Assembly: GCA_963833125.1 (NCBI GenBank)
Contig: CAWHWX010000019.1
Span: forward strand, 128,001-192,000
Source of the DNA: Candidatus Bathyarchaeota archaeon
Lineage (GTDB): Archaea > Thermoproteota > Bathyarchaeia > 40CM-2-53-6
Direction of reading: 5' to 3'
Length of the DNA stretch: 64,000 nt
Under the pieces are notes generated by a model that had not been told where the DNA came from, did no database searches, and saw only the letters and a list, made by a program, of their open reading frames with translations. This document shows, in pieces, positions 41,473 to 53,031 of this stretch (the stretch's first letter is position 1; each line of letters opens with the position of its first letter). The position numbers and the translations under genes are program-made.

Positions 41473-43073
41473 ATGTGTGCGCAACTAAATTCGCCACTTC
41501 ATGACTCCCTGCTAACTGAACTCGCCTCCAAGATAACGGAACATGACATTATCGATCCGGACAGTTTGAACAGGGCAAAGCTAGACTTTCTGTCGGGAGC
41601 ATCATCTGGGTTGGATGCCAAGGAATTCAGACATTATCAGCGCCCTCTCTCCTGACGTTCGGCAGAAGTTTTCGGAGCGTCTTCGGTTGAAAAAAGTCCG
41701 AAGCGTTTCAGGAGTGAACGTGATTGGCGTAATGAGTTCTCCCCGCGCTTGTCCTCATGGGCGGTGCGTGTTTTGCCCAATGGAGAAAGGCTTCCCTATG
41801 AGCTACACTTCCGGTGAACCGGCTGCGATGCGTGGCTTGCAATCGGATTACGATCCGTTCGTCCAAATAACAGGCCGTGTCGAGCAACTGAAGGCAATTG
41901 GGCATGAGCCCTCTAAAGTAGAACTCGTTATTCAAGGTGGAACCTTCCTAGCCTCACCATACGACTATCAGGAAGAATTCGTGAAACGTTGCCTCGACGC
42001 CCTAAACGGTGTCAACTCCCCAACCCTCAATGACGCTAAGCTTCTGGCTGAAACTAGTGAAATCAGAAATGTTGGTCTGACCATTGAAACGAAACCAGAC
42101 TGGTGCAAGCAACCCCACGTCGACCAAATGCTACGATTCGGTTGTACTCGCGTAGAAATCGGCGTGCAAATAATCGATGACACCGTCTACACGCTCACGA
42201 ACCGAGGTCACACTGTTCAAGATGTTGTGGAAGCGTTTCAAATAGCAAGAGATGCGGGGTTCAAAATCGTTGCACACATGATGCCTGGATTGCCCGGATC
42301 TGATTTCCAGAAAGATCTCGCATCGTTCAAGCTGCTCTTGTCAGACCCGCGCTTTCGCCCCGACATGATGAAGATTTACCCATGCCTCGTAATGGAAGGT
42401 ACTGAACTGTACGATTGGTGGAAAAAGGGCGAGTACCAGGCGTTTGATACGGAACAAGCGGTTGAGCTGATAGCTCAAGTGAAGGAATTCGTGCCATCAT
42501 GGGTACGGATTATGCGTGTTCATCGGGAGTTCCCAGTACAACTGATTCAAGCTGGAGTAAAAAGCGGCAACTTGCGGGAACTTGCCCTCGCTCGTCTTCG
42601 TGAGAGGGGCAAGAGATGCAGATGTATAAGATGCCGAGAGATCGGACATAGAACATTGAAAGATGGAGTTCTCGTTGAACCAGACCGGGTTGAAATGATA
42701 ACCACGGAATATCATGCGTCGGACGGACAAGAGTTCTTCATTTCGATGGAGAATTCGGACGCCGATGTTCTCGTTGGATATGTCCGACTCAGGATTCCAT
42801 CACAATATGCTTCTAGGCAGGAAGTTGACCTGTTCAACAGCCTTAGTACGGGAGCTTCACGTCTTTGGCACGGAAGTTCCTGTGGGACAACGGCGTTCTG
42901 GTGCTTGGCAGCACGCTGGCTTTGGGCGAAAGCTGATGGCAGAGGCTGAGAGAAAGGCGAGCGAGGCTGGTACGAAAAGGGTTCTTGTTTTGAGTGCTCT
43001 CGGAACCAAGCAGTACTATGAACGGTTGGGATACTCACATGTCGGCCCGTACATGGGTAAAAAGATTAACTGA
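41473..43073 (+). CDS. elp3: Elp3 tRNA acetyltransferase, radical SAM + KAT (2 frameshifts)
   Basis: CPHGRCVFC, SYTSGEP, ETKPD, HMMPGLP, CRCIRCRE, WQHAGFG. Confidence 0.95.
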
Positions 43074-43139
43074 TTTCCGGACGTAGCTAATGTCTTAAGG
43101 TGCACAGGTTTTCTTTCTCCAGACGAACTGGGGAGAACA

Positions 43140-44495
43140 TTGCCGCAAGAAGAATTGAATGGCTACATCGGGTTAGCGAATGAATTACTCTCGAAGGCGG
43201 GAGTCCAGATTGGCGACCGAATACAATTGGAACTCAAACGTCCAGGAGGGCAGGAGACGGTTGAGGGTCTGCTTATGCCACGCTACCGCACTGAATCCGA
43301 GGAAAACTACCTTGTTGTTAAACTCAAGACCGGTTATAACGTGGGAGTTAGGATCGATTCATCAACGAAAATCTCTATCCTCGGTAAGGGGCAGCAGCCA
43401 CAGTTTACGCGCCCGCCTCCACCCTCTCAAAAGCCTGGTCTTCCTAAGGTTTCGATCGTGAGCACTGGCGGCACAATTGCAAGCAAGGTTGATTATCGGA
43501 CTGGAGCAGTGAAACCTGCGCTCGATAGCGAGGATCTCTACAGCGTCGTTCCGGAGTTAGCGGACCTGGCCGAAATCGAAGCAAACATTCTCTTCTCCGT
43601 TTTCAGCGAAAACATAGGTCCGCCACAATGGCCGAAGATAGCAGAGTTCGTTGCAGATCAGGCCCGAAAGGGCGCAGACGGAGTTGTAATCGCGCATGGA
43701 ACGGATACGCTTGGATATACCGCTGCGGCCCTCAGCTTCGCGCTACCCGACCTGCCCATCCCTGTCGTATTGGTTGGCTCGCAACGCTCGTCGGATCGCC
43801 CTAGTTCAGATGCCGCTTCCAATCTAGTCGCCGCAACCGCGGTGGCGGGACAAGCGCCATTCGCCGAGGTCGTGGTTGCAATGCATGATTGGATATCGGA
43901 TGAGAAGGTTGCCGTGCATAGAGGAACAACAGTTAGGAAGTGCCACACGAGTCGACGGGATGCCTTCAGAAGTGTAAACCAAAAGCCAATCGCACATTAT
44001 GACCTCATTCACCGTACCCTCAATCTCGACGCCACACAATATAGAGAGAGGCGTAAGAGCACGTCTCTAACGGTCAAATCACAATTCGACCCTAACGTTG
44101 CACTCATCAAGTTCCATCCCGGAATTTCCGTTGGAATTATCGATTGGGCAACGGCAACCGGGTTCAAAGGCATCGTATTGGAAGGAACCGGATTGGGTCA
44201 CGTAGGCGATGCGTTGTTCTCGTCGCTGGAACGAGCGGTGAATGACGGAGTTGTCGTTGGTATGTGTTCGCAGTGCATCTGGGGCCGTGTTCATATGAAT
44301 GTCTACTCAACCGGAAGGGACCTGTTGAGAATCGGAGTTCTTCCGTTAGGGGACATGCTGTCGGAAACGGCCTTGGTAAAGATGATGTGGGCCTTCGGCC
44401 AAGAAAAGAACCCTGAGAACGTTAAGAAAATCATGACGACAAACATAGCAAACGAACTCTCGGAGAGACGCGAGTTAGAGGCACAGATAGAATGA
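43140..44495 (+). CDS. gatD: Glu-tRNA(Gln) amidotransferase subunit D
   Basis: KLKTGYNVG, STGGTIAS, HGTDT, QRSSDRPSSD. Confidence 0.97.
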   Translation: MPQEELNGYIGLANELLSKAGVQIGDRIQLELKRPGGQETVEGLLMPRYRTESEENYLVVKLKTGYNVGVRIDSSTKISILGKGQQPQFTRPPPPSQKPGLPKVSIVSTGGTIASKVDYRTGAVKPALDSEDLYSVVPELADLAEIEANILFSVFSENIGPPQWPKIAEFVADQARKGADGVVIAHGTDTLGYTAAALSFALPDLPIPVVLVGSQRSSDRPSSDAASNLVAATAVAGQAPFAEVVVAMHDWISDEKVAVHRGTTVRKCHTSRRDAFRSVNQKPIAHYDLIHRTLNLDATQYRERRKSTSLTVKSQFDPNVALIKFHPGISVGIIDWATATGFKGIVLEGTGLGHVGDALFSSLERAVNDGVVVGMCSQCIWGRVHMNVYSTGRDLLRIGVLPLGDMLSETALVKMMWAFGQEKNPENVKKIMTTNIANELSERRELEAQIE

Positions 44496-46396
44496 GCAAC
44501 ACGGAAACCCGAGCACGCAAAGGTCAAGGTAGGTTTAGAGATTCACCGTCAACTTGACACGGATCATAAGCTCTTCTGCGGTTGCCCCACCGAATTCGCG
44601 GAATCGGAACCAGAAACGAAGTTCCTGAGAAGACTCAGGCCAACTCAAAGTGAACTCGGACAAATTGACCAAGCCGCGATGTTCGAGTTCCATCGCGGTA
44701 GAAGCATTCTCTACGAATCTGATCACCAAACCTCATGCCTCGTAGAAATGGACGAAGAACCCCCGGCGAAACTAAACCGCGAAGCCGTCGAGATCTGCGT
44801 AACCGCGGCGTTGCTGATGGGCGCGAAACCGGTGGACGAGATTCATGTAATGCGTAAGGTGGTCATAGACGGGTCAAACACGACCGGTTTTCAACGAACT
44901 GCAGTAATCGCATTGAATGGAGCATTGGAAGTTGACGGTAAGAAGATTCCGATTACTCAGATCTCACTGGAAGAGGATGCGGCGCGAAAGGCTTCGCAGT
45001 CCCAGACTGCAGCCGGTTATCTCATAGACCGGCTCGGGGTCCCGCTCATCGAAGTTACCACCGGCCCTGTGCTGGAATCGCCAGGAGAGGTTGAGAAGGT
45101 CGCTTACGCGATTGGTACTATTCTGAGAGCGACTCGCAAGGTGAAGAGAGGGCTTGGGAAGCATCAGGCAAGACCTCAATGTCTCCATTCCGGAAGGAGC
45201 TCTCATCGAAATCAAAGGAGTTCAGGAACTGGAGGTTCTGGGCAAAGCAGTCGAACTTGAGGTGAACCGCCAGCAAACATTACTCACCATCCGCAAGGAA
45301 CTATCCTCTAGAAACCTGAAACCAAACCAGATAGAGAAAAAGTACGTCAACTTCTCAGAACTCTTCTCGAAATCAGAGGCTCGGGTCATCAAAGCAGCAA
45401 TGGCCAAGGGTGGAGTAGTCTTGGCTGTAAAACTGTCCAAGTTCAAAGGCCTCCTAGGCAGAGAGCTCGCCCCAGGTTTACGTTTGGGTGCGGAACTTTC
45501 CAACCGCGCATCATTCTGGGCGGGGGTAGGAGGAATATTTCACTCAGACGAGTTACCTGCCTACGGAATATCTGAGGCCCAGGTTACTGCAATTAGGAAT
45601 CAGCTTGGTCTTGCAGAGGAAGACGCGTTTGTCCTAGTCGCTGACGACAATGTCAAGGCAAAGAGATGCGCTGGATGCAGTTGTTGACCGAGCGAACGAA
45701 GCGTTGGAAGGTGTTCCGGAAGAGACCCGTACGGCTATGCCTGACGGGACCACTCGTTACATGCGTCCACGGCCAGGCGCAGCTCGTATGTATCCAGAAA
45801 CTGATGTTCCAGAGACACCCATCCCGGAAGAATACATAGCCACGCTCAGGGTGAAACTACCAGAGACATCCGATAGAATCACGAGGCGATTGATGGATCA
45901 ATTCTCACTTAACCAAAAATTAGCAAAGCAACTGGTGGATTCTGATTATCTAAGCCTATTCGAACTGGTCGTCACAAAAGGGACGGTTCAACCCACATTT
46001 GCTGCAACATTTCTAACGGAAACGAGTAAGAGCCTTGAACGGGAGGGCGTCCCAGTACGCACTGTTCCAGACTCCAAAATAGAGGCTATGTTCCAGCTCC
46101 TGGTCAAAGGTGCGTTTTCGAAAGAAGCTATGTCTGATTTGTTAAAGTGGCAGGCTTCAAATCCAAGGGCGGATCCTTCGGAAGGGGTAAAGCATCTTGG
46201 ATTACAGATGTTGTCGCAGACGGAATTGGAGCAAGTTGTTGAACGTCACATCGAGAAGAACAAGAAACTAATCGAGACAAAGGGTCAGGGTGCTTTTGCG
46301 TCGATCATGGGATCCATCATGTCCGAAGTACGAGGGCGAACTGACCCTAAGCTTGTAACTGAGACCCTCAAGAAGAGGCTGGCGAGTGCAGCCTGA
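44492..46396 (+). CDS. gatE: Glu-tRNA(Gln) amidotransferase subunit E (about 3 frameshifts)
   Basis: GLEIHRQL, DGSNTTGFQRT, IRQDLNVSI, RPRPGAARMYPETD. Confidence 0.96.
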
Positions 46397-46397
46397 G

Positions 46398-46583
46398 GGT
46401 AACGTCAAGTTAACGGTTGTTAAGAGATTCTTCTTGTTTTCTGTTCGGAATAAGGGGGGGTGGATCCACCCCTCGAGGGGTGGTGCCAAACGGTGCCAAA
46501 CGAACGTAACCATCGCCCCATTTTACGCCCCGATCCCTCCATACGAAGCAGTTTGCAGCAGCAACCAACAAGTTGACGTTACC
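46398..46583. mobile_element. MITE-like element (186 bp) with terminal inverted repeats
   Basis: Left GGTAACGTCAAGTT, right AAGTTGACGTTACC (13/14 complementary); flanks AGCCTGAG / CGCCTAAG (6/8); second partial copy at 29312. Confidence 0.8.
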
Positions 46584-46763
46584 CGCCTAAGATTTGGGTG
46601 TGAAGCCACCACAACGGCACCTTTTTCCGGGAAAGCGGCACCGCCATCAACAAACATGCGAGCATAGGATGGTGGCAATGGCTGGGCGGACGTCATCCAG
46701 CTGAATGGCCGATTCCAGCTGGCACTCGCTGGTTCTCAGCGGGGTTGCTGTTTGGGTGGATCT

Positions 46764-47708
46764 TTATTCGAGGAATTGAACGTCGTCTACCAGGCCGTCG
46801 CTGTTTACATCTAAGCCCGTAACGACTCGGGCGATAGTTTTCCGGTTTTCCGTGTTGCCTTTTGCGATTTCGTCAGTGTACTTGATGAACGCGAGAACAG
46901 CAGCCCTTGTGCCAAGGTAGCTGTTCCCCGCTATCACGAACATTTTTGAGTCTTGGTTGTTGGGGTTGCTGATCAATTGCACTGCCCCCTCTTCTTCGCC
47001 AGAATAGCTTCGGCCCGAGAGACGAGAGATCATCATATTGTGGCCGGTTAATTCGTATGTTATGGAGAGATATTCGTTCGCGGTCATTGTAACAGTGTTT
47101 ACCCTAGGCCCTCCAACAACGATGAGGTTCCGTGCTGATTCCTGTTGGGACAATTCAGTGTCCAAACGTACAACGCTTTCTCGAGTGACGGGGAGGAGCG
47201 ATCCTATGAATAATGCTAGGTCTGTGGCTCTGTCGCCGCAGCGGGCTCGGCTGCTGAAGATGCCATGTGCATCGGGGCTTCCCAGGACAATGTGTCCGTT
47301 GAAGTGGCCTTGCGAAATGAATGGGTCCAGCATTTTCGAGGCGGGTTCCGAGAGAGTTTCCTCGACGAGATCCCGCGAGGCTGTGCTCGATGATCCTCGT
47401 CGGGGTATGATGGCTACCGCTTTCTCCTCTGCTCGATAATACTTGGCCGTCGCACCCCTCTTCTTCTCCGTTCTCTCTAACGCCACTAAACCCGCTCTGT
47501 CGAGTTCTCTCAAATGATAACAGATCACCTGCTCGCTAGTGTGGAAAGTGTCAGCTAGGTCTTTCGCGCATTTCTCGCCATTGGACAACTCGCTCAAGAT
47601 TTTCCATCGGGTTGGCTGCAGAAGCAGTTGAGCAACTTTCGGGTCAGAGATGATTCGGGTGGGGAGGAGTCGGTTGACGCGTCTCTCCTTTAGCAATAGG
47701 TATGACAT
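46764..47708 (-). CDS. ArsR-family HTH protein fused to an S-layer-C-terminal-like domain
   Basis: TRWKIL..DLA..YHLRELDRAGLV; GSPDAHG; NLIVVGGPRVN. Confidence 0.75.
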   Translation of the reverse strand: MSYLLLKERRVNRLLPTRIISDPKVAQLLLQPTRWKILSELSNGEKCAKDLADTFHTSEQVICYHLRELDRAGLVALERTEKKRGATAKYYRAEEKAVAIIPRRGSSSTASRDLVEETLSEPASKMLDPFISQGHFNGHIVLGSPDAHGIFSSRARCGDRATDLALFIGSLLPVTRESVVRLDTELSQQESARNLIVVGGPRVNTVTMTANEYLSITYELTGHNMMISRLSGRSYSGEEEGAVQLISNPNNQDSKMFVIAGNSYLGTRAAVLAFIKYTDEIAKGNTENRKTIARVVTGLDVNSDGLVDDVQFLE

Positions 47709-47896
47709 GGCATGTTGGCCTCGGAAGGTGCATTAATAAAGTGAAGATTTGACTATTAAACACGTTTTTGATTAATCTGCGCGCATCCTCAACCCGTACC
47801 ACCTGGAAGAGCCCTGATTCATCAACACTAAACCTAAGGAAACCTTATGACAACTGCCCTGCAACCTCGGCGAACTCTATCAGGAAACTGGAACTC

Positions 47897-49719
47897 ATGT
47901 GTGGAATATCCGGTGTCGTACAAAAGTCCGGCGACGTCGGTCCGATCCTTTACGAATCGTTGAAACGACTAGAATACCGGGGTTATGACTCGGTTGGCGT
48001 TGCAGCGATTATCACCGGAAAGATTGTCGTAAAGAAAGACAAGGGTAAGATCGACGAGGTCGAAAAAGAGCTACGAATCAGCGATTTGGGCGGGATAGTT
48101 GGGATTGGCCATACTAGATGGGCGACTCACGGGGCACCATCCCAGGAGAATGCGCACCCGCATACAGACTGCTCGGGCACGGTTGCAGTCGTTCATAATG
48201 GCATAATTGAGAATTTCTTGGACTTAAGACAGAAGTTGGAGGCTTCTGGGCACAAGTTCAAGTCAAGAACCGACACTGAAATAGTCGCACACCTCGTAGA
48301 AGAGAACCTCAAGTCAGGGGTAGGGTTTGTTGAAGCAGTTCGGCTTGCTGCGAAGAGGCTCACCGGTGCATACGCCCTCGCTCTCATATGCAGTGAGGAA
48401 CCCGACAAGATCGTGTGCGTGAGGCGGGAGAGCCCGCTCGTGATTGGCACGGGTGATAACGCAAACTACCTAGCCTCCGACATTCCCGCTTTCCTTTCAC
48501 GAACGAATCGGGCAATTCTTCTTGAAGATGATGAGATGGCGGTTCTCACGGCTAACAGTGTCAGCTTGCTAAAGGTCGAGAGTGGAGAGAAAGTCTCCAG
48601 GCAGCCCTTCGTGGTGGACTGGAGCGTTGAGACGGCTATTAAGACCGGTTTTCCTCACTTTATGTTGAAGGAGATTTACGAACAACCGCACACCGTCCGT
48701 AATGCTCTGCGAACTCATCCGATCTATCTCGATCTAATGGCCTCTGCTATCAACCGGGCGAAGCGAGTATTCTTGCTTGCATGTGGAACCTCATACCACG
48801 CATGCCTGGCTGCCAGCTACGTGTTCGCGAACCTCGCCAAGGTTCAAGTCACACCCGTTGTTGCCTCAGAATTCATAGATGGTTATGGGGTGCTAATCGA
48901 TCAGGATACCGTGGTCTTGACTGTAAGCCAATCAGGCGAAACTGCGGACACACTCACGGCGGTTCGAGGGGCAAAGGATCGTGGTGCCACAATACTTGGC
49001 GTAAGCAACGTGATGGGATCAACCTTGACTAGGCTGTCGGACGTTTATATCGGCCAAAACTCCGGTCCAGAAATGGGCGTGGCCGCTACGAAGACCTTCA
49101 CTGCCCAGTTTGCCGTCCTCATCAAGATCGCGGTGGCCCTCGCGCAGAAACGTAAAACCTTGAGCCAGAATGAATTGCAGATGCTCGAACGCGGCTTCCA
49201 CCAACTACCCGAATGGCTCTCAAAAAGCTTATCGAGCCAAAAGGAGCAGGTAAGACGGATTGTTGAAAAATACTCCGACAGAATTAGTTTTTGTTTTCTC
49301 GGCAGGGGGATCAGTGTCGCCACAGCGCTTGAAGGACGGCTGAAGCTTCTTGAACTTTCATACCTACCCGCGATTGCATATCCAGCGGGTGAGTCGAAAC
49401 ACGGGTTCATCTCGGTAGTTGAGGAAGGCTATCCGGTAATTTTCATTGCACCCATGGACGAAGCGTACTCTAAGATTATTGGGAATGTTATGGAAATGAA
49501 GGCACGGGGTGCGCAGGTAGTCAGCATAGTTGAAGAAGAGGATAAACAAATCGCAGGCTTATCGGATGAAACGATAACGACGCCTACTGGGATCCCTTCG
49601 CCACTCACGCCGATAGTCTTCATTCTTCCACTCCAACTTTTCCGTATTACATGTCGGTGAGAAAAGGATACAACCCCGACTTTCCACGAAACCTGGCGAA
49701 ATCAGTAACCGTACACTAG
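47897..49719 (+). CDS. glmS: Glutamine--fructose-6-phosphate transaminase (C-terminal frameshift)
   Basis: MCGI, LEYRGYDS, GHTRWATHG, SQSGET, PRNLAKSVTV. Confidence 0.97.
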
Positions 49720-49819
49720 CAAACAAGTAACAAAGAGAGGTCTGGTTCGACGAACGGCGTACTAAGCGGAAGACATGATGAACCGACTACTCGCTCTTTT
49801 TCCAAAGCCCTAGAGCTCA

Positions 49820-50149
49820 TTGATCAGTTTCGTAATTCAACGAAGTCCCAATCTGATCCAAGTCGGGATTTGCTTCTTTGGAAATGCGCAGGCTGAGGTT
49901 GAGTATTTGGCGTTTAGGATAGCGATCATTAACGACTTGAGTGATTATGATCCCCAAAGTAAGCCCGCAGAGACGCTTTCTCCTGATCATGTGCGTGACC
50001 TTATCGCCAAAGCCCAGGCAACATTGGATTCGGATCCACGTGTGGCTTACAAAAACGTCCGCGAAGCCGTCGATGTCCTGAGAAGGATGTCTAGACCGGG
50101 CGGGAGGAGCGTGAAGACCCGCCACGATTCATCACCAAAGAATGGGTAG
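49820..50149 (+). CDS. Hypothetical protein (N-terminus uncertain, likely frameshifted)
   Basis: Helical C-terminal half AQAEVEYLAF...; fills the gap co-directionally. Confidence 0.4.
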   Translation: MISFVIQRSPNLIQVGICFFGNAQAEVEYLAFRIAIINDLSDYDPQSKPAETLSPDHVRDLIAKAQATLDSDPRVAYKNVREAVDVLRRMSRPGGRSVKTRHDSSPKNG

Positions 50150-50191
50150 AAACGCTTTTCTTGGTAGATTCTTAGGCCTCACCGAAGACGG

Positions 50192-50881
50192 TTGAAGAAC
50201 AATCCCCAAAGGTTCACAGTCACTCTCGCCGGCGCAGCCGTATTCTCCGCACTTGCGGCGTTGTTGACTCTCTCCAGGGCTGCAATTCCATTCCCACTAG
50301 TCCCGTACCTCCAGATAGATTTCGCAGAACTTCCGATTTACATTGCATTTTTCCTGTTCGGGCCCGTGGCAGCCATCATAACGGAATTAGTACATTGGCT
50401 ATTTCTCAACATAACCGGCTCTGATGCGCCTTTAGGGCCAGCAATAAAATTGATTGCAGTCTTATCGACTCTCGGCGGGTTTTGGGCAGGGAGCGCTATC
50501 TACTCTCGTCTCGTGAGGGAACGGGGGCGGCCTGCCGTCTCACTCTCACTCATGTTTGGCGGGGGGATGCTTCTTCGTGTTGTGGCGATGACTATTGTGA
50601 ACTACATAGTCCTCGTGTACGTCGGGCCAGTCATTTTCGGACTCAACTACATGGCATTCGCTAGGATTACCCTCGTCCAAACGACCGGGTGGCAATTCAA
50701 CGGCGACGCTATCCTACTTTTCTGGGTGCTCGTTTTCACCGCTTTGTACAACGTGATAAACCTCCTAGCGGCCGCGATTCCCGCGGGACTAGTTGTCTCG
50801 CCTTTAACGAACTCATTCCGGCACATAACTTCGATTGACACTTGGCTCATGAGGAATGTAAAAGCTAAACCTTCCAGCTAA
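50192..50881 (+). CDS. ECF transporter S-component
   Basis: PFPLVPYLQIDFAELP..FFLFGP; about 6 TMs. Confidence 0.85.
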   Translation: MKNNPQRFTVTLAGAAVFSALAALLTLSRAAIPFPLVPYLQIDFAELPIYIAFFLFGPVAAIITELVHWLFLNITGSDAPLGPAIKLIAVLSTLGGFWAGSAIYSRLVRERGRPAVSLSLMFGGGMLLRVVAMTIVNYIVLVYVGPVIFGLNYMAFARITLVQTTGWQFNGDAILLFWVLVFTALYNVINLLAAAIPAGLVVSPLTNSFRHITSIDTWLMRNVKAKPSS

Positions 50882-52189
50882 CTTGCCCAAACCTCGGAGC
50901 GGTATATCGTCGCGTCGCGGGCTTCGCCTACCGATATTATTTTCACTGGCGATTTCGTGATCTCTTCAATTTTCTTGACGTAGTCTCGCGCCTGCGAGGG
51001 CAAGGAATCGTAGCCTTTCTTTGCTATAGCAGCCCACTCAGAATCAGATAGGTCCGGCCATCCTTTCATCTCCTCGTAGACAGGTTTGCAGTTCGAATAC
51101 TCACGCAGGCTTGCCGGTTGATCTCGCACGATTCTTCCTTCCATCTTGTATTCTACACATATCTTGACGGGGTCGAATCCGCCGAGAGTATCCATCTTCG
51201 TGAGAGCTATCGCAGTGAGACCGTTTACTCTTGCAGCTAGTCTTAGCGCCACTGCGTCGATCCATCCACACCTTCGTCTACGTCCCGTTACCGTTCCGAA
51301 TTCCTTTCCTTTCTCTTGAAGTTTCGACCCTAAATCGTCAGTCAGCTCAGTTGGCACTGGTCCCGCTCCGACGCACGAAGTATATGCCTTGACTACTCCT
51401 AACGTATCGTTGATCTTAGTCGGTCCGATTCCTGCTCCCGTACAGACGCCTCCGGCCACCGTGTTTGACGATGTTCCAAACGGATACACTCCATGGTCAA
51501 TATCCAGTAAGAGCCCTTGGGCACCTTCGAAGAGAATCCGTTTACCTTCGTCCAAGGCGTCGTTCAAAAGGACCGAAGTGTCAGTAATGTATTGTCGGAG
51601 ATCACTGACCAAATCTTACACAACCTTCGAACAGTTCCCTTTCATTGATTTGGGCGTCTGACTCGTAGACTGATTTTAGCGTTCTTTGCTTGAGGATAGT
51701 GTTTTGAGAGATTTTCTGTTTCAGGAGTTCTGGATCTAGCAGATCGGCCGTCCTGATCCCGTACCTCGCCACCTTGTCAGTATACGTGGGGCCGATCCCG
51801 CGTAAGGTTGTTCCCGACCGAAGGGCACCTTTGAACTTCTCTTCAGCCGCATCCAACATTTGATGGTAACTAAGAGTAATGTGCGCTCGGTCGCTTAGGG
51901 CCAGGTCAGGCTTGTAACCCTTAGCCGTTAGATCCGAGATCTCCTTTAGCAACACGGACGGATCCACGACCACCCCGTTGGCAATCACCAACTTCTTGCG
52001 ATGTAACACGCCTGAGGGCAGAAGCCTTAGTTTGTAAATTTCCCCGCCAACATTGATGGTGTGGCCTGCGTTGCTACCGCCCTGGTAGCGGGCTACGTAA
52101 TCTGCTTGGGAAGAGAGATAGTCTACGATCTTCCCTTTACCTTCATCTCCCCATTGGCAGCCGACTACGATTAGGCTAGGCAATTCCAA
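50878..52189 (-). CDS. purA: Adenylosuccinate synthetase (frameshift near 51610)
   Basis: QWGDEGKGK, GGSNAGHT, EGAQG, GTVTGRRRRCGW. Confidence 0.97.
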
Positions 52190-52639
52190 TGCTCCTAGGA
52201 AAGCGAAAAGAGGTCCCTGTGAATTCGTTTAGGTCGGACGCAACCAAGAAGATCGGAGTTTGCGGTGCGCCCACTCAGTTTCCCCATCAATGCCGTCGAA
52301 AACTGAATTTAAACTTTAGCAGCGAAACAAATGTTTGGGAACAAAGGACGACGGCCGCATCGAATATTGCGACGGGCGATGAAAAAAGAATCAGTCTGCC
52401 CGTCGAAAGCGTCATCGTGCCGGCTGAATGGCACTCCGTACTTAAAGGATTCATCATCCAAGTCTTTGAGGTTAACGAGGCTACCGATAATGCTTTCGGG
52501 CCAAAAACCTGCGATGCGCATCGCTCTTCCAGAAATTCGTTGGCCTTTCGGGAGAGTATCCCGAGCTTGGTCTGCGAGTAGGTGCATGTGTGATGTCCCC
52601 AACAATCCGTCAAACCTTACTTGAGCGGAGTGGGTGGCT

Positions 52640-52918
52640 TCACTTCAGTTCCTGCAGCCTGTCTTCCTCAATTTTGCGCAGGATCGCCAAACCCAGGGGG
52701 GTTAATGAGATAGCTTTACGATCTTCTATCTCTCTGACTTCGATGAACCCTTGTGCTTGTAGCAGTTGGACCGTTGAGGGTATGTTCTCAGAGGGTTCGA
52801 TGGTCAATTCAGCTCTCAGCTGATCCTCGTATACCGCATTCGCACCGATGCCCTTGAGTTTCCATATGGTTTGAAGTGTTGTCTCCTGGAGTTCTGAGAG
52901 GCCGTTGTCTTGGGGCAT
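52640..52918 (-). CDS. Small winged-helix protein
   Basis: LQAQGFIEV...ISLTPLG wing motif. Confidence 0.65.
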   Translation of the reverse strand: MPQDNGLSELQETTLQTIWKLKGIGANAVYEDQLRAELTIEPSENIPSTVQLLQAQGFIEVREIEDRKAISLTPLGLAILRKIEEDRLQELK

Positions 52919-53031
52919 GGTTTTCATCGATTTCTATCGGAGATATATCCATCTTCGATATGAAACTTCGGTGTGTGGAAAACGGAACATTAATATACCG
53001 TCCGCCGTGCCATAACATCGTTGAACTTTAC

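Noticed and set aside
29312-46583. Repeat as CRISPR array, tRNA or att site of an integrated element
   Set aside because: There are only two dispersed copies, no spacers and no cloverleaf, and the intervening DNA is core housekeeping genes.
1-52189. Frameshifts in ppx, pstS/C/A/B, egsA, gltX, radA, elp3, gatE, glmS and purA as programmed frameshifting or pseudogenisation
   Set aside because: They hit essential single-copy genes at scattered sites, with no shared slippery motif and no accumulation of in-frame stops. Long-read indel errors are the simplest explanation.
52189-52624. Four overlapping ORFs between purA and the small wHTH gene
   Set aside because: None has recognisable motifs or clear signals, so no real frame can be chosen.
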